64,000 nucleotides of DNA from NCBI RefSeq assembly GCF_009914755.1, contig NC_060947.1, one strand, 5' to 3'. The DNA is from the human T2T-CHM13v2.0 reference genome, Homo sapiens. Positions 42,650-57,988 of this stretch are shown piece by piece. The notes under the pieces were generated by a model. That model did no database searches and was not told the origin of the DNA. It saw only the letters and a program-made list of their open reading frames with translations. The position numbers were made by a program, and so were the translations under genes. Position 1 is the stretch's first letter. Every line of letters starts with the position of its first letter.

Positions 42650-42860
42650 TACCCAAGGTCTACAGCACCACTAATGAGCTGTGTGACCCCATAGGCAAGT
42701 CACTTAACTTCTCTGTGTCTCAGTTCCCTCATCTGTAAATGGGAATCATAATAGTTTCTACTTCACTGGGTTGTTCTGAGGGTTAAATGGGGTAATACAC
42801 AGTAAACACTTAGAACAGTGGCTGCCACGTGTGCATTACTTTGTAAATTTTAGTTATCAG
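42650..42860 (+). mobile_element. MIR
   Basis: ggcaagtcacttaacttctctgtgtctcagttccctcatctgtaaatggg. Confidence 0.85.
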
Positions 42861-43255
42861 TACTTTGTAGCTATAAAATGAAAATTGGACTCAATGACCC
42901 CAAGCCCCCTTTGAGCTGGATGACTATGTTCAATTTATGTGACATCTAGAGCCTCTGCCAGATGTGGAAGTTGAAGCACCAGCTTATGGTAGGAATGCCA
43001 GGGCCAGCCTGCTTGCTTTTACAGTAAAATCTTGAAGATGTGGCATAATTGGGGAATGAATCATTCTGGTTAACCAAGTCTTCCAAACTACAAAGGTTCA
43101 GCACTTTACATTTTCTCAGGAGTCACTCAGCTGTCCCTCCTACCACCACCTTGAGCTTTGTCATTACTTTTAGTGGTGAAACTGGCAATTACCTTTGCAC
43201 CATCCTAATAGTTCTCCTCTCTGCGGTTTTGCCATCCTCAAAGCTGCATCTTTAA

Positions 43256-43699
<444 letters not shown>

Positions 43700-43772
43700 T
43701 AATCATTTTCACGTCTCAAATTAAACATAAATCCCAAGCTGGGTCAAAGGTCCCTAATATATGCTCTCATAG

Positions 43773-44615
<843 letters not shown>

Positions 44616-44793
44616 TTATCTATCCATCATTCATTCATTCATCCCTTTGGTTATTCAAGGCATTTCTCTTTGTTTGGTTATGAAACTAACGATAGGGTAT
44701 TGAATAACCTTTGAAGTCTCAGTGTTTGGATCTTTTTTCATGTTGTTTGCAGAATGATTCTTTGCAACCAAAAGCATATTCAGAAAGTAGAGA

Positions 44794-47206
44794 CAAGCAT
44801 ACCTCATTTCATTGTGCCTCAAAGATACTGGGATTTTTACAAATTGAAGATTTGTAGTAACCCTGCATTGAGTAAGTCTATTGGCTCCATTTTTCCAACA
44901 GCATGTGCTCACTTCATGTCTCTGTGTTACATTTTGGTAATTTTCACAATATTTCAAATTTTTTCATTATTACTATATCTGTTATGGTCATCTGTAATCA
45001 GTGATCATTGATGTTACTCTTGTAATTACTTGCGGGCACCATAAACTGCACCCAAATAAACTGGTGAACTTAATTGGTAGAAGTTGTGCGTGTTCAGACT
45101 GCTCCACTAACTAGCCATTCCTTCATCTCTCTCCCTCTCCTTGGGCCTCGCTATTTCCTGAGACACAACAATACTGAAATTAGGCCAGTAACTACCCTAC
45201 AATGGTCTCTAAGTGTTCAAGTGAAAGAAAGAGTCCCACATCTCTCACTTTAAATCAAAAGCTGGAAATGATTAAACTTAGTGAGGAAGGCACGTTAAAA
45301 GCCAAGATAGTCTGAAAACTAGGCCTCTTGGTAAAAGCTAGGCCTCTTGTGCCAAACAGTTTGTCAAGTTGTGATTGATCAGGAAGAGTTCTTGAAGGAA
45401 ATTAAAAGTGCCACTCTGGTGAACCCACAAATGATAAGAAAGCAAAACAGCCTTATTGCGGATATGGAGAACATTTTAGTGGTCTGGATAGATCAAAACA
45501 GCCACAAAATTCCCTTAAGCCAAAGCCTGATCCAGAGCAAGGCTCTAACTCTCTTCAATTCTGTAAAGGCTAAGAGTGCTGAGGAAGCTGCAGAACACAA
45601 GTTGGAAGCTAGCAGAGGTTGGTTCATGAGGTTTAAGGAAATAAGCTGTCTCCAGAACATAAAAGTTCAAAGTGAAACAGCAAGTACTGAGTTAAAAGCT
45701 ATAGCCAGTTATCCAGAAGACACAGGTAAGATCATTTATGAAGGTGGCTATGCCAAACAACAGATTTTCAATGTAGATTAATCAGACTTATATTGGAAGT
45801 AAATGCCATCTAGGGCTTTCATAGCTAGAGAGAAATCTATATTTGGCTTCAAAGCTTCAACGAACAGCATCACTCTCTCGTTAGGAGCTAATGTAGCTGA
45901 TGACTTTAAGTTGAAGCTAATGCTCATTTACCATTTCAAAACTCCTAGGGCCATTAAGAATTATGTTAAATCTACTCAGTCAGTAATCTATAAATGGAAC
46001 AACAAAACCTGGATTAAAGCACATCTGTTTATAGCATGATTTAGTGAATATTTTAAACCCACCATTGAGACCTACTGCTCAGAAAAATGATTCCTTTCAA
46101 AATATTGTTGCTCACTGATCTGGTCACCTGAGAGCTCTCATGGAGATCTACACAGAGCTCTACAAAGAGATCAATGTTGTTTTCATGCCTGCTAACACAA
46201 CATCCATTCTTCAGTTGACGGATCAAGGAATAATTTCAACTTTCAAGTCTTATCATTTAATAAATACATTTTGTAAGGCTATAGCTGCCATATTGATTCT
46301 GATGGATCTGGGAAAAGTAAAGTAAAAACCTTCTGGAACTGATCTACCACTCTAGATGTCATTAAGAACATTTGTAATTCAATGGAGGAGGTCAAAATTT
46401 CAACATTAACGGGAGTTTGGAAGAAGCTGATTCCAACCCTCATTAATCACTTTGGGGGCTCAAGACTTCAGTGGAGGAAGTCACTGCAGATGTGGTGGAA
46501 ACAGCAAGAGAACTAGAATTAGAGGAGGAGCAAGATGTGACTGGATTGCTACAATCTCATGATCAAACTTGAAGGAATGAGTAGCTGCTTCTTAAGGATT
46601 AGCAAAGAAAGTGGTTTCTTGAGATAGGATCTACTCCTGGTGAAGATGCTGTGAATAATCGTGTTGAAATGACAAGAAAACATTTAGAATATTACATAAA
46701 CTTAGTTGATAAAGCAACAGCAGAGTTTGAGAAGATGGACTCCAATTTTGAAAGAAGTTTTACTGTGGGTAAAATCCTCTCAAACAGCATCACATGCTAC
46801 AGAGAAATCTTTTGTGAAAGGAAGAGTCAATTGATGTGGCAAACTTCACTGTTGTCTTATTTTAAGAAAGTGCCACAGCCACCCCAACCTTTAGCAACGA
46901 CCACCCTGATTAGTCAGCAACCATGCACATCGAGGCAAGACCCTTCACCAGCAAAACAACGACAACTCATTGAAAGCTTAGATGATAGCCTCTTTTTTTT
47001 AGCAGTAAACTCTTTTTAAATTAAGGCATGTACATTTTTTAGTCATCATAATGTTATTTCACACTTAATAGAACATAGTATGTTGTAAATATAACTTCTA
47101 TATGCACTAGGAAACCAAAAAATTCATGTGACTCACTGTTTTGCAATATTCATGTTATTGTGGGGTGGTCTGGAACGAAACCCGCAGTATCTCTAAGATA
47201 TGCCTG
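44794..47206 (+). mobile_element. Full-length Tigger1 (pogo/TcMar) DNA transposon
   Basis: TIRs caagcatacctc / aagatatgcctg followed by TA; ~2.41 kb; internal transposase. Confidence 0.95.
45202..46900 (+). pseudogene. Disrupted Tigger1 transposase (CENP-B HTH + DDE, TIGD1-like)
   Basis: Translations [74 protein letters not shown]; several stops and frameshifts; end approximate. Confidence 0.88.
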
Positions 47207-47409
47207 TATTCAAAAGTATTTTCATATAAATGGATGATATGTATTCATGTATCCAGTCATTCACTCATCTTTTCAGTTATTCAAAGCATTTTGGTCATGA
47301 AACTAATTATAGAGTATTGGATAATCCTTGAAGTCACAGTATTTGGCTCTCTTTCATAATGTTTGTAGAATGATGCTTTGCAACCAAAAATGAATTCAGA
47401 AAATAGATA
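47207..47409 (+). repeat. Direct duplicate of the Tigger1 left flank (44277-44293 plus 44588-44793)
   Basis: About 80% identity over the ~118-bp core by manual alignment. Confidence 0.9.
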
Positions 47410-47540
47410 CATACGTATCTCTAAAAGTAGCACTGTTCTGGGTACTAAGGCATTAAAAGAGTGACTGACAATGGTTAAACTTTAAAATGCCTATTACATT
47501 TTCTTACATGTTGGTGAAATAATTTTGTAAACCCTCTTCA

Positions 47541-47847
<307 letters not shown>

Positions 47848-48472
47848 TCAAAGAAAATCTTAAGATATGTTTGTGGTCAAAGACATGGAATGGTGACTAT
47901 CACTTCTCACTGTATAGTATTTTGGGTAATATATTCTGGGAACCACCCTCAGAAAACTTGTAAGTATACCATTGTCTATTTTGCCAAAACCTTTAATTTT
48001 TACCAACATTCAAAATACTTGATATCACAGTCAATATTTAACTATTGAATAAATATTTTTAGTTGAATTAAAGGAGTACTGACTTTCCAGCATGGACCTC
48101 CAGTTCCCTCTTCATAATTCTCATCGCAATATGATCTCCTAGAAATATGAGCTTATTGATGAGGCTTTAACAAAAGATATCTATGTCCATCAACAATGGT
48201 TAGAAATCACTATCCAATTTATAAAACGAGCATTTTCTTTTTCAGATGTCAAAATAATATTTTGTTACTTTGGACTGATTCCCTTTAAAGTCAGAAACTG
48301 GGTGTACCTTGAGGTGTGAACTAGCAAAAAAGTTTTTCTTTTCTTTTTTCTTGTCCTTTCTTTAAATAAGCAAAAAGAAGATTTAACCAATGAAGTGTAC
48401 AGCTCAATGTTTTGGGTTTGTCATGTTAAACCAGGGTTTTAAGAAAGCTACTCCTTTTTCTTACAATTTCCT

Positions 48473-48677
48473 AGTGAGAGCCCATTTCTACAAAAAAAAA
48501 AAAAAATCAAACAAATAGCTGGGTGTAGTGGCACATACTTGTAGTTCCAGCTACTTGAGAGGATGAAGTGGGAGGATCACTTGAGCCCAGGAAATTGAGG
48601 CTGCAGTAAGCCATAACCGTGCCACTGCACTTCAGCCTGGGCAACAAAGCAAGAGCCTGTCTCCAGAAAAAAAAAAA
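48473..48677 (+). mobile_element. AluJ, 5'-truncated
   Basis: Linker plus right arm; TSD ttaca(a/c)tttccta. Confidence 0.88.
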
Positions 48678-49157
48678 GTTACACTTTCCTATATAAACAT
48701 TAAAAATTACTTTGTAGCAGCTCCTTTCATTAATAGAATATCTGCATTGTTGTAGAAGAAACGTACCTAAGCTATTTCACTCTCAAAGGGAATAGCAATC
48801 TGAATTAGGATTTGTCAGGTCCTGGAAAAACATGAGAATGGGAATAATTGGGTCCTGATCCTCAATGATAGAGCACCTACCCAAGTGGGCACAAGGTGGT
48901 TAAGTGTAGACACAGCTTAAAACCAAAAGTTCTTGTTTCCTCTCCTCCGCCATGGCATCAATGCTCTTCAAGGGAGTTCTTTGTTTCGGGAATTAGAACT
49001 TCAAAAACTAGGTAGCAGCAAGGTAGGCTGTGTGGAACCTGAAGGTCCTAAGATCTGAGAGGAGACAGGAGTTAGGAGCCAAAACTAAGGTTAGGAACTG
49101 TTAATCTAGCTCAAGCTTCTGAACTGCAAGTGCACATCAAAATAATCTGAAGTAAAC

Positions 49158-49610
49158 TTTTATTTATATAACAGCTTTATTGAAATATAATTCACATACC
49201 ATACAATTCTCCCATTTAAAGTGTAAAATTTGAGGTTTTTAGTATATTATCAGTCATGCAACCATTGCCATAATCAATTTAAGAACATTTTTAACACCTC
49301 AAATAGAAACTTCATATCCTTTAACTATTATCTACCAATCTCCCTCTTCCCCCATCACCTGCCCACCACTAATCTGCTTTCTGTCTCTATGGATTTGCTT
49401 ATTCTAATATTTCATATAAATGGAATCATACAATAAATGGCCTTTGTGTCTGGCTTCTATCACTTAGTGTAATGTCTCCATAGTTTATCCATGTTGTAGC
49501 ATATATCAGTCCTGTTTATGAATAAATAGCGTGCCATTATATGGATATACCACATGTTGTTTACCCCTTCGTCAGTTGATGGGCATGTAGATTGCTTCCA
49601 CCTTTTAGCT
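49158..49610 (-). mobile_element. L1MB-type 3' fragment
   Basis: aacagctttattgaaatataattcacataccatacaattc. Confidence 0.88.
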
Positions 49611-49702
49611 GATGTGTTTTTAAGATATAGTGAGTTACCACTTAGCACCCAAAATCAGGTCCACAACAACTCTAGAAGAAACCCTGGGAATGTTTCCCAT
49701 GA

Positions 49703-50040
<338 letters not shown>

Positions 50041-51071
50041 CAAATCAACTCTTTTTACATGCCAGCCCCTGTGCTAGATGCTGGGCTTGTGGACCAGAAT
50101 GGAATATGTCCCTGATTTCAGGTAGAAACAGTACTGAAAGAGAGAGAGATGAGGAGAGAGTGTTTTCTTCTAATGGTTCCCATCTTCCTCCTGTATCTTT
50201 ATTGGCCTGCTACAGAATTGGTCAGAGGTTTAGCTTTGTTGACAGAAGGTGTCAACCTAAATACTTACGTAGGAACATTTGGCTTGACTTCTATGCCTGG
50301 ACTTATTACATTTAATAATATTTGGTACCCTGAGCATGGTGTACAGATGTCAAATCAAGTACAATTAGAGTTGGGGTGAAAACGTTTGATATTTTACAAT
50401 TAAACATTTTTCAGGACAAGAAATCAAAGTAGCTATGTTCCTGATAATGTGTAAAGGAAGGAGCCTGAGAGAATGCTAACCAAAAGCAATCGAAATCTCA
50501 CTTTGTTCATATTAACTTCTTCCTTTTGGAATTTCAACTACTTAATTATAATCCCGAAACTGTGTTTGATTCATTCTTGACAAGACCATATGTGCCCGTT
50601 TTGCCGGATTCTAGTAAAATAGATATTCCGTGCCACGTTTCACCACTCTGCCATTTGTAAAATTAGCAATTTCAGGGAAGCAAAAGGCTACTTGCCGTTT
50701 TGCTGGATCAGCACCTCATTTGGTCTGCGTGCATACGCTGTGAGTAGAATTAAAGAATGCACAATTTTGTCTCTAGATAAATAAATTTGAATGCAAAATA
50801 GATGCAAAGCTGTGTCTTGAGAGACAGGGTTCATTTAAATCTCAAACTAGCTCTCATATCAGAAATGTAGCGCTTGGACTTAGATGAAGGCTTCCTTCTG
50901 CTCTGGAAATGTGCTTTAAGGATGAGGGAACCTGTCCACCAAGGGGATAGCACCAATTTTCTCTCCTCCAAAGGACAATGTCAATTATGTGACTACCCTT
51001 TGTTAAATTTCTTATAATCACTTATGTGTATGTGGAGCTTTAGACTTCGGAAATGCTTTCACATATGTCTC

Positions 51072-51457
<386 letters not shown>

Positions 51458-51850
51458 TAGTCACTGTGCAGTTGCAGAAGTTGTAATGAAGAAACTTGCC
51501 CACAGTCATACACCTCAGACATGGTAGAGCTGGCCTTGATGTTAGTCCTTCTGGCACCCATCGCAAGGTCCTTTCCACTGCCCCGAAGTACTGGGGGCCA
51601 CCTTAGGATTGTCACCTTGTCTCGTATGCATGGGTCTTTGTCCTGAAAGCACATTTCCAGACTGAAGTCCCAGTTTGATTCCCTAAGAACCTGCAGGCAG
51701 TGGCATTCATAGGCGAGAGCAAAGGGAAAGGTAATTAAACTGGGAGACATAGAAATCTGTCGTCTTCAGCTTTTCCCCTCTTTTCCCTAGCTGAGACTAC
51801 TCCTTCCTTCCACTTCACTGAGACTGAGAGGGAAGGGGATGGTGCTGAAG

Positions 51851-52003
51851 TCTTTCCCCCATCACCTACCAACCACGAATCTGCTTTCTGTTTCTATGGA
51901 TTTGCCTATTCTGATATTTCATATAAATGGAATCATACAATAATATGGCCTTTTGTGTCTGGCTTCTATCAAATGAGTGTAATGTCTCCATGGTTTATCC
52001 ATG
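51851..52003 (-). repeat. L1M segment copied from 49345-49493
   Basis: About 90% identity including private variants. Confidence 0.85.
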
Positions 52004-52292
52004 GAAGGCTGTGAGTATTTCAAAGCCACCCTCTGCATTCTTCTTACCATTCTTTGACTGTGCTGATAGGGGCTGAAGGAATGTGGAATCCTCCCTGTGA
52101 CAGATTCCTGTGTGGCCCTACTCCCAGAGCTGCTTAGGCAGATCTGGCTGGCTGCACAGGAGCCACAGCCGACGTGCTCAAAGCCCTTCCGTACAAGAAG
52201 CTGTGATCCTTTAGTGAAATTTACATGTACTTTTCTTCACTTACTGGACTTCCTAATAGTATAGAGAACAAAGGCCTTGAAGTCACAGAGAC

Positions 52293-52589
52293 CTTTTTTT
52301 TTATGAAACAGAGTTTCACTGTGTCCCTCAGGCTGGAGTGCAGTGGTATAGTCTTGGCTCACTTCAGCCTCAAGCTCCCCAGGCTCAGGTAATTCTCCCA
52401 CCTCAGCCTCCCAAGTAGCTTGGACTACAGGTGTGCACCACTATGCCTGGCTAACTTTTGTAATTTTTTGGTAGGGACAGGGTTTTGCCATGTTGCCCAG
52501 GCTGGTCTCAAACTCCAGGGCTCAAGCAATCCGCCCACCTTGGCCTCCCAAAGTGCTTGGATTACAGGCATGCACTACCGCACCCAGCC
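52293..52589 (-). mobile_element. AluJ inside a plus-strand MIR (~52255-52790)
   Basis: J-type body; MIR continues tagctgtatgaccttgaacaac. Confidence 0.9.
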
Positions 52590-54410
52590 TCAGACAGAAC
52601 TTTAATCAAAGCAGCTCTGTGACTTCTTAGCTGTATGACCTTGAACAACTTAATGTTTAAGTCTCAGTTTTCTCATCTGTAACATTGGGATAGTATCCTC
52701 CACCTCACAGGATACATGTGAGGATGATATGAGATGATGCTGGTAGCATAGGGCCTGGCATGTGGCACTTACCATTGACAGATATTATTTTAAAGAAATT
52801 CTCAAAGCTTAATAATATTTATTGCACATGTTCAGGGAAAGGTTTGGGTCAAGGGTGAGGCACACTTCTGAGAATCTTCTCCAAGTTTCCCCTCTGCTCA
52901 GCAGAGACTGATTGCCTATGGATCTGCAAATCACATCTAACTTGTTTCTGTTCTCCTTATGAAAGCTCGTTAACTATGAATATTTTCCATCCAACCTACC
53001 GAATTCCTACTGCCACCTGGATACCATTTTCCTCTTTTTAATTCTTGCTGCCCTTGATGGCACCATAACTGAGTCTGGCCTAGGGTATGCTCTAAGTACC
53101 TACCATATGCTTTCAATAAAAAGAGAATGACTGTGCTCTGACTGCACTGAAAGTGGCAATCACACATGGACTGGTAAATTTAATGGGAGTGTTTTCTAAG
53201 AAACTTTCATTTGGACTTCCAGTGCCCATCACATAAAATGCAATGATCAGGTTGGAACAGCAGTGTAGCTTTCAAATAAGCAAAGGTCCATTCACCAAAT
53301 AGGCCTTAACTGAGACATCTTCAGAGGTGCCCAGCCAGATGGTCACTATTAAAGTCAATAGGCTTTCCATGGCAAGTGGAGCTCTGGGCTCTGACAATTA
53401 CTTTCAACCATTCCCCTCACATTAGGCTACTGATGCAGCCCCAATCCATGGAGCAAGGGCAACAGAGCAGTTAAAGTCCCTGAAAGGGACAAGACATGCA
53501 ACGATTTTTGGAGCCAATTACCCCCTATTTCATCACTGGGGAGTGAAGCACTACTACACTTCTTATTTTCTTCAGCCTACTTTAAGTAACTGAGAGCTTA
53601 ATGTAAACCCAAAGTGCTAAAATCATATAAAGGAAAGGAAAATTTAGGGTGAAGGCGAAGAGGTGGATTTGTAAACACACTGCATTATGTTCTTTGAGCC
53701 AGAAAACTTCAGTAGTCCCCGATTAGCCTGCCTGCTTGTCCTTAGCAAGAGGATTCTGGGAAGGTAAAAGCACCCTGACTGAAGCGGGGTATTGGGCTCA
53801 ATTCAAAGGAATAAAAGTAACTCCAATTTCAAGAAGTCCATAGCCCACAGGTGCTAAAAAGACACAAAGATTCAATTAATCTGCCATATCCTTTCTCCTT
53901 GATTGTAGTGGGTACTTGGTTGATGGAGAGAGCTACGAAGTTGATGGGAAGATGCGAAGCTCAAAGCTAAGTCATAGGGTTGGAAGCTGCAATGCCAAGC
54001 CCTTTATATATTCCAAGTCAGATGAAAGCTCAAGCCTTCAGACTGCCGAACTGCAGACTGATTAGCTTACCACCCTGTAAAAAGCGCTTGCCAAGAACAC
54101 CATCACTATTGGAATTCTGGGCTTTCCCCTGTCTGAAACTTGACAGGGAGAATGGAATTCCATTTAATGCCTAACTTGTAAACGTAAAGCTGTCACTTTA
54201 AGACTCTGAGTGCGAACAGAGGTTTGGACCTAATTCCTTCTCTCTAGTGATGGCAGTGGAGTGTGTGTATGCACATGTGTGTGCATTAGGAGAAGGAGGA
54301 GATGGAGAACAAGAGGAAAGTTCTCATTTGTTCCTCTGAAAGAAGAGCTGATCTGAGTATTGATCTAGTTGACCATCTAGAAACAGTGACAAGAAAGGGA
54401 GTCAAGTTGA

Positions 54411-54785
<375 letters not shown>

Positions 54786-55727
54786 TCAATACACCCCATT
54801 CCTCCCCAATGCTGGATGCTCTCAGGAGACTGCCTGGATACATGCAAGGAAGGAAGCAAAAGGGGCCCCTACTGCATATTGTTGTTTGGAACCTCAGAAG
54901 GATGCAGCATTATCGTAGAAGTCCAGGATTTTAGCGACTTGAAAGGGAATGCAGATCTTCAGATTGAGATTCTCATCCAATACCCATTCCACCAACCAGG
55001 AAACTGAGGTCCCAAGAGGAACAGGGACCTCCTGGGGTCACTCAGCAGAATAGCCAGCAGGGATCCTTTTTTTCCTGTTCACAAGTCAACGCTTGTCTCA
55101 CCAAGCTATGCCGCCTCTTTGTAGTTTATGATTTTTAGCATGTTACTTTTCTTTACATTTTTGAAAGTGCAGTCACTTGTGTATTACTCATTCAGGCTTC
55201 ACAGCACACTGATGTATTCCAGTATTGTCCTATTTGTGCTATTTTACAAAAAAAGTCCCCTGAAGCATGTCAAAACATATAGTTAGTTATTTTAAAGGGA
55301 AAAAAGGCTCAGTAAAACTCTACAGAATACATCTTTTGAGTTTGCATAATAAAAAGTTGATTCTGTTAAAATCAAATCATTTAAAAGTCAAGTGTTTGGC
55401 TTTAGGCTGATCTCAAGTTCAAGGTGGAAAAGACTCCAGATCTGATGGAGCTACCAACATCCTGCTACAATGTCCCAAGCTCTCACACTTCCAAAGCACC
55501 CAGGGGACAGAGTTACATACCTTCACAGTAGCACTTATCTCAGGGTTTTATAATGATCTGTTTACTTCTTTTCTTCCCTAGCTGACTGTGATGGCCTCAA
55601 GGGTGAGAATTCCCTCATGTCTATGTCCCCAGAACCTTGCAAGGAGGCCTGACCCAGGGTAATTGCTCAGTAAATGTTTGCTAAATAAGTTATTAGAATA
55701 GCATTATTCCACTTTACAAAGTTCTAC

Positions 55728-55761
55728 CTATGTTGCCCAGGCTGGTGTTGAACTCCTGGGC
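55728..55761 (-). mobile_element. Isolated 34-bp internal Alu fragment
   Basis: ctatgttgcccaggctggtgttgaactcctgggc with no tail or TSD. Confidence 0.75.
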
Positions 55762-56014
55762 AGAATCCTTAAGAGGAAGAGCAGCACTATTAACAAGAGG
55801 TGAGTTTCTAGGCTTTAGAAGTCCTTTCAGAGAAACTGATGGTTAAACTTTGGGAAAAATTGCAATGTTCATAAATGCACTTATCTGATTAAAAATGTCT
55901 CTAATTAGACACTAATTAGACAGGTGAGGTGCTATGGAGTAGAACAGTGTTATCCCATGTAAGCCCCTAAATCCTGATGCCTGGGTCACTTTATTTCATC
56001 CAAGACATTTTTAG

Positions 56015-56480
<466 letters not shown>

Positions 56481-56743
56481 TAATTATCAACCACATAGGA
56501 TTATGGAGGTGATTCAATGAAGTAATGTGTGTGAGATGCCTAGTGCACTTCAAAAGTTCTCAATAAATCTAATGATTTATCTGCTTCTCTCATAAATACT
56601 TCACAGGACACATTGTTCTCTTTACCTCTTTACCTGCTGGCAAAGGTTGAACTAAAAGTGAACAATAAAGTTGAAGGTGAGGTGAGATGCAAGGAAGGAC
56701 CGATTCTCAAGAGTCTGGAACATGCCATAACAGTGCTGTAGAG

Positions 56744-57249
56744 CATGGGTCCCCAACCCTCAGGCCATGGACCGGGTCACACAGCAGGAGGTGAGCGGTA
56801 GATGAGCGAGCTAAGCTTCATCTGTATTTACAGCCATTCCCTATCACTTGCATTACTGCCTGAGCTCTGTTCTGCCTCCAGTCAGATCAGTAGTGGCATT
56901 AGATTCTCATGGCAGTGCAAACCCTATTGTGAACTGCACATGTGAGGGATCTAAGTTGTGTGCTCTTTATGAGAATCTAATGCCTGATGATCTGTCACTG
57001 TCTCCCATCACCTCCAGATGGGACCATCTAATTGCAGGAAAACAAGCTCAGGGCTCCCACTGATTCCACATTATAGTGAGTTGTATAATTATTTCATTAT
57101 ATATTACAACATAATAATTATCAAAATAAAGTGCACAATAAATGTAATGCACTTGAAGCATCCTGAAACCATCTCCCACCCCCTAAGCCCATGGAAACAT
57201 TGTTTTCCATGAAACTGGTCCCTGGTGCTAAAAAAGTCGAGGACCACTG
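56744..57249 (+). mobile_element. MER1A hAT-Charlie element
   Basis: catgggtccccaaccc...ggaccactg; perfect 8-bp TSD ctgtagag. Confidence 0.9.
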
Positions 57250-57410
57250 CTGTAGAGCACCTCACTCCCACCATCCCCTATGTTGACTGCTGCCCCATAT
57301 GCCTGCCTAAGCCCCAGAGCCTACCGTGCAGTGGAGAACTCCATCATACCATGATCTGCAATTGTGAGCTCCAGAGGGACTACATGCTGACTGGCCGGTT
57401 TCTAACTGGG

Positions 57411-57773
57411 TAACAGAGTTTGGTTTTGTGCCCCCACCCAAATCTCATCTCAAATTGTAATCCCCAGGTGTTGAGGGAGAAACCTGGTGGGAAGTGATTG
57501 GATCATAGGGGTGGTTTCTCCCATGCTGTTCTTGTGACAGTGAGTGAATTCTCATGACATCTGATGGTTTTATAAGTGTTTGGCTGTTCCTCCTTCACTT
57601 TCTTCTCTCACCTGCTGCCATGTAAGACGTTCCTGCTTCCCCTTCAGCCATAATTGTAAGTTTCCTGAGGCCTCCCCAGCCCTGTGGAACTTTGAGTCCA
57701 TTAAATCTCTTTTCTTTATAAATTATCCAGTCTCGGGCAGTTATTTACAGCAGTGTGAAAACCAACTAATACA
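57411..57773 (+). mobile_element. MST-type MaLR solo LTR
   Basis: cccacccaaatctcatctcaaattgtaatcccc...ctaataca; TSD ct(g/a)gg. Confidence 0.9.
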
Positions 57774-57884
57774 CTAGGTGTTGTTCCTGACTCCTGACTC
57801 TGGTGTTTCAAGGGGTATACCCAGAAACCCATGAAACAGGATCTTGGCTCATGCCTCCTGGGAGAAATTCACCAACAGGAAGAA

Positions 57885-57988
57885 GAGAATTGCTTGAACC
57901 CGGGAGGCAGAGGTTGCAGTGAGTCGAGATCGCGTCACTGCACTCCAGCCTGGGTGACAAAGCAAGACTCTGTCTCAAAAAAAAAAAA
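57885..57988 (+). mobile_element. AluS right-arm fragment
   Basis: gagaattgcttgaacccgggagg through poly(A). Confidence 0.88.

Noticed and set aside
45202-47019. Functional domesticated transposase gene (TIGD1-like)
   Set aside because: Multiple stops and frameshifts, including a short tandem duplication near 45316-45349; it is a decayed Tigger1.
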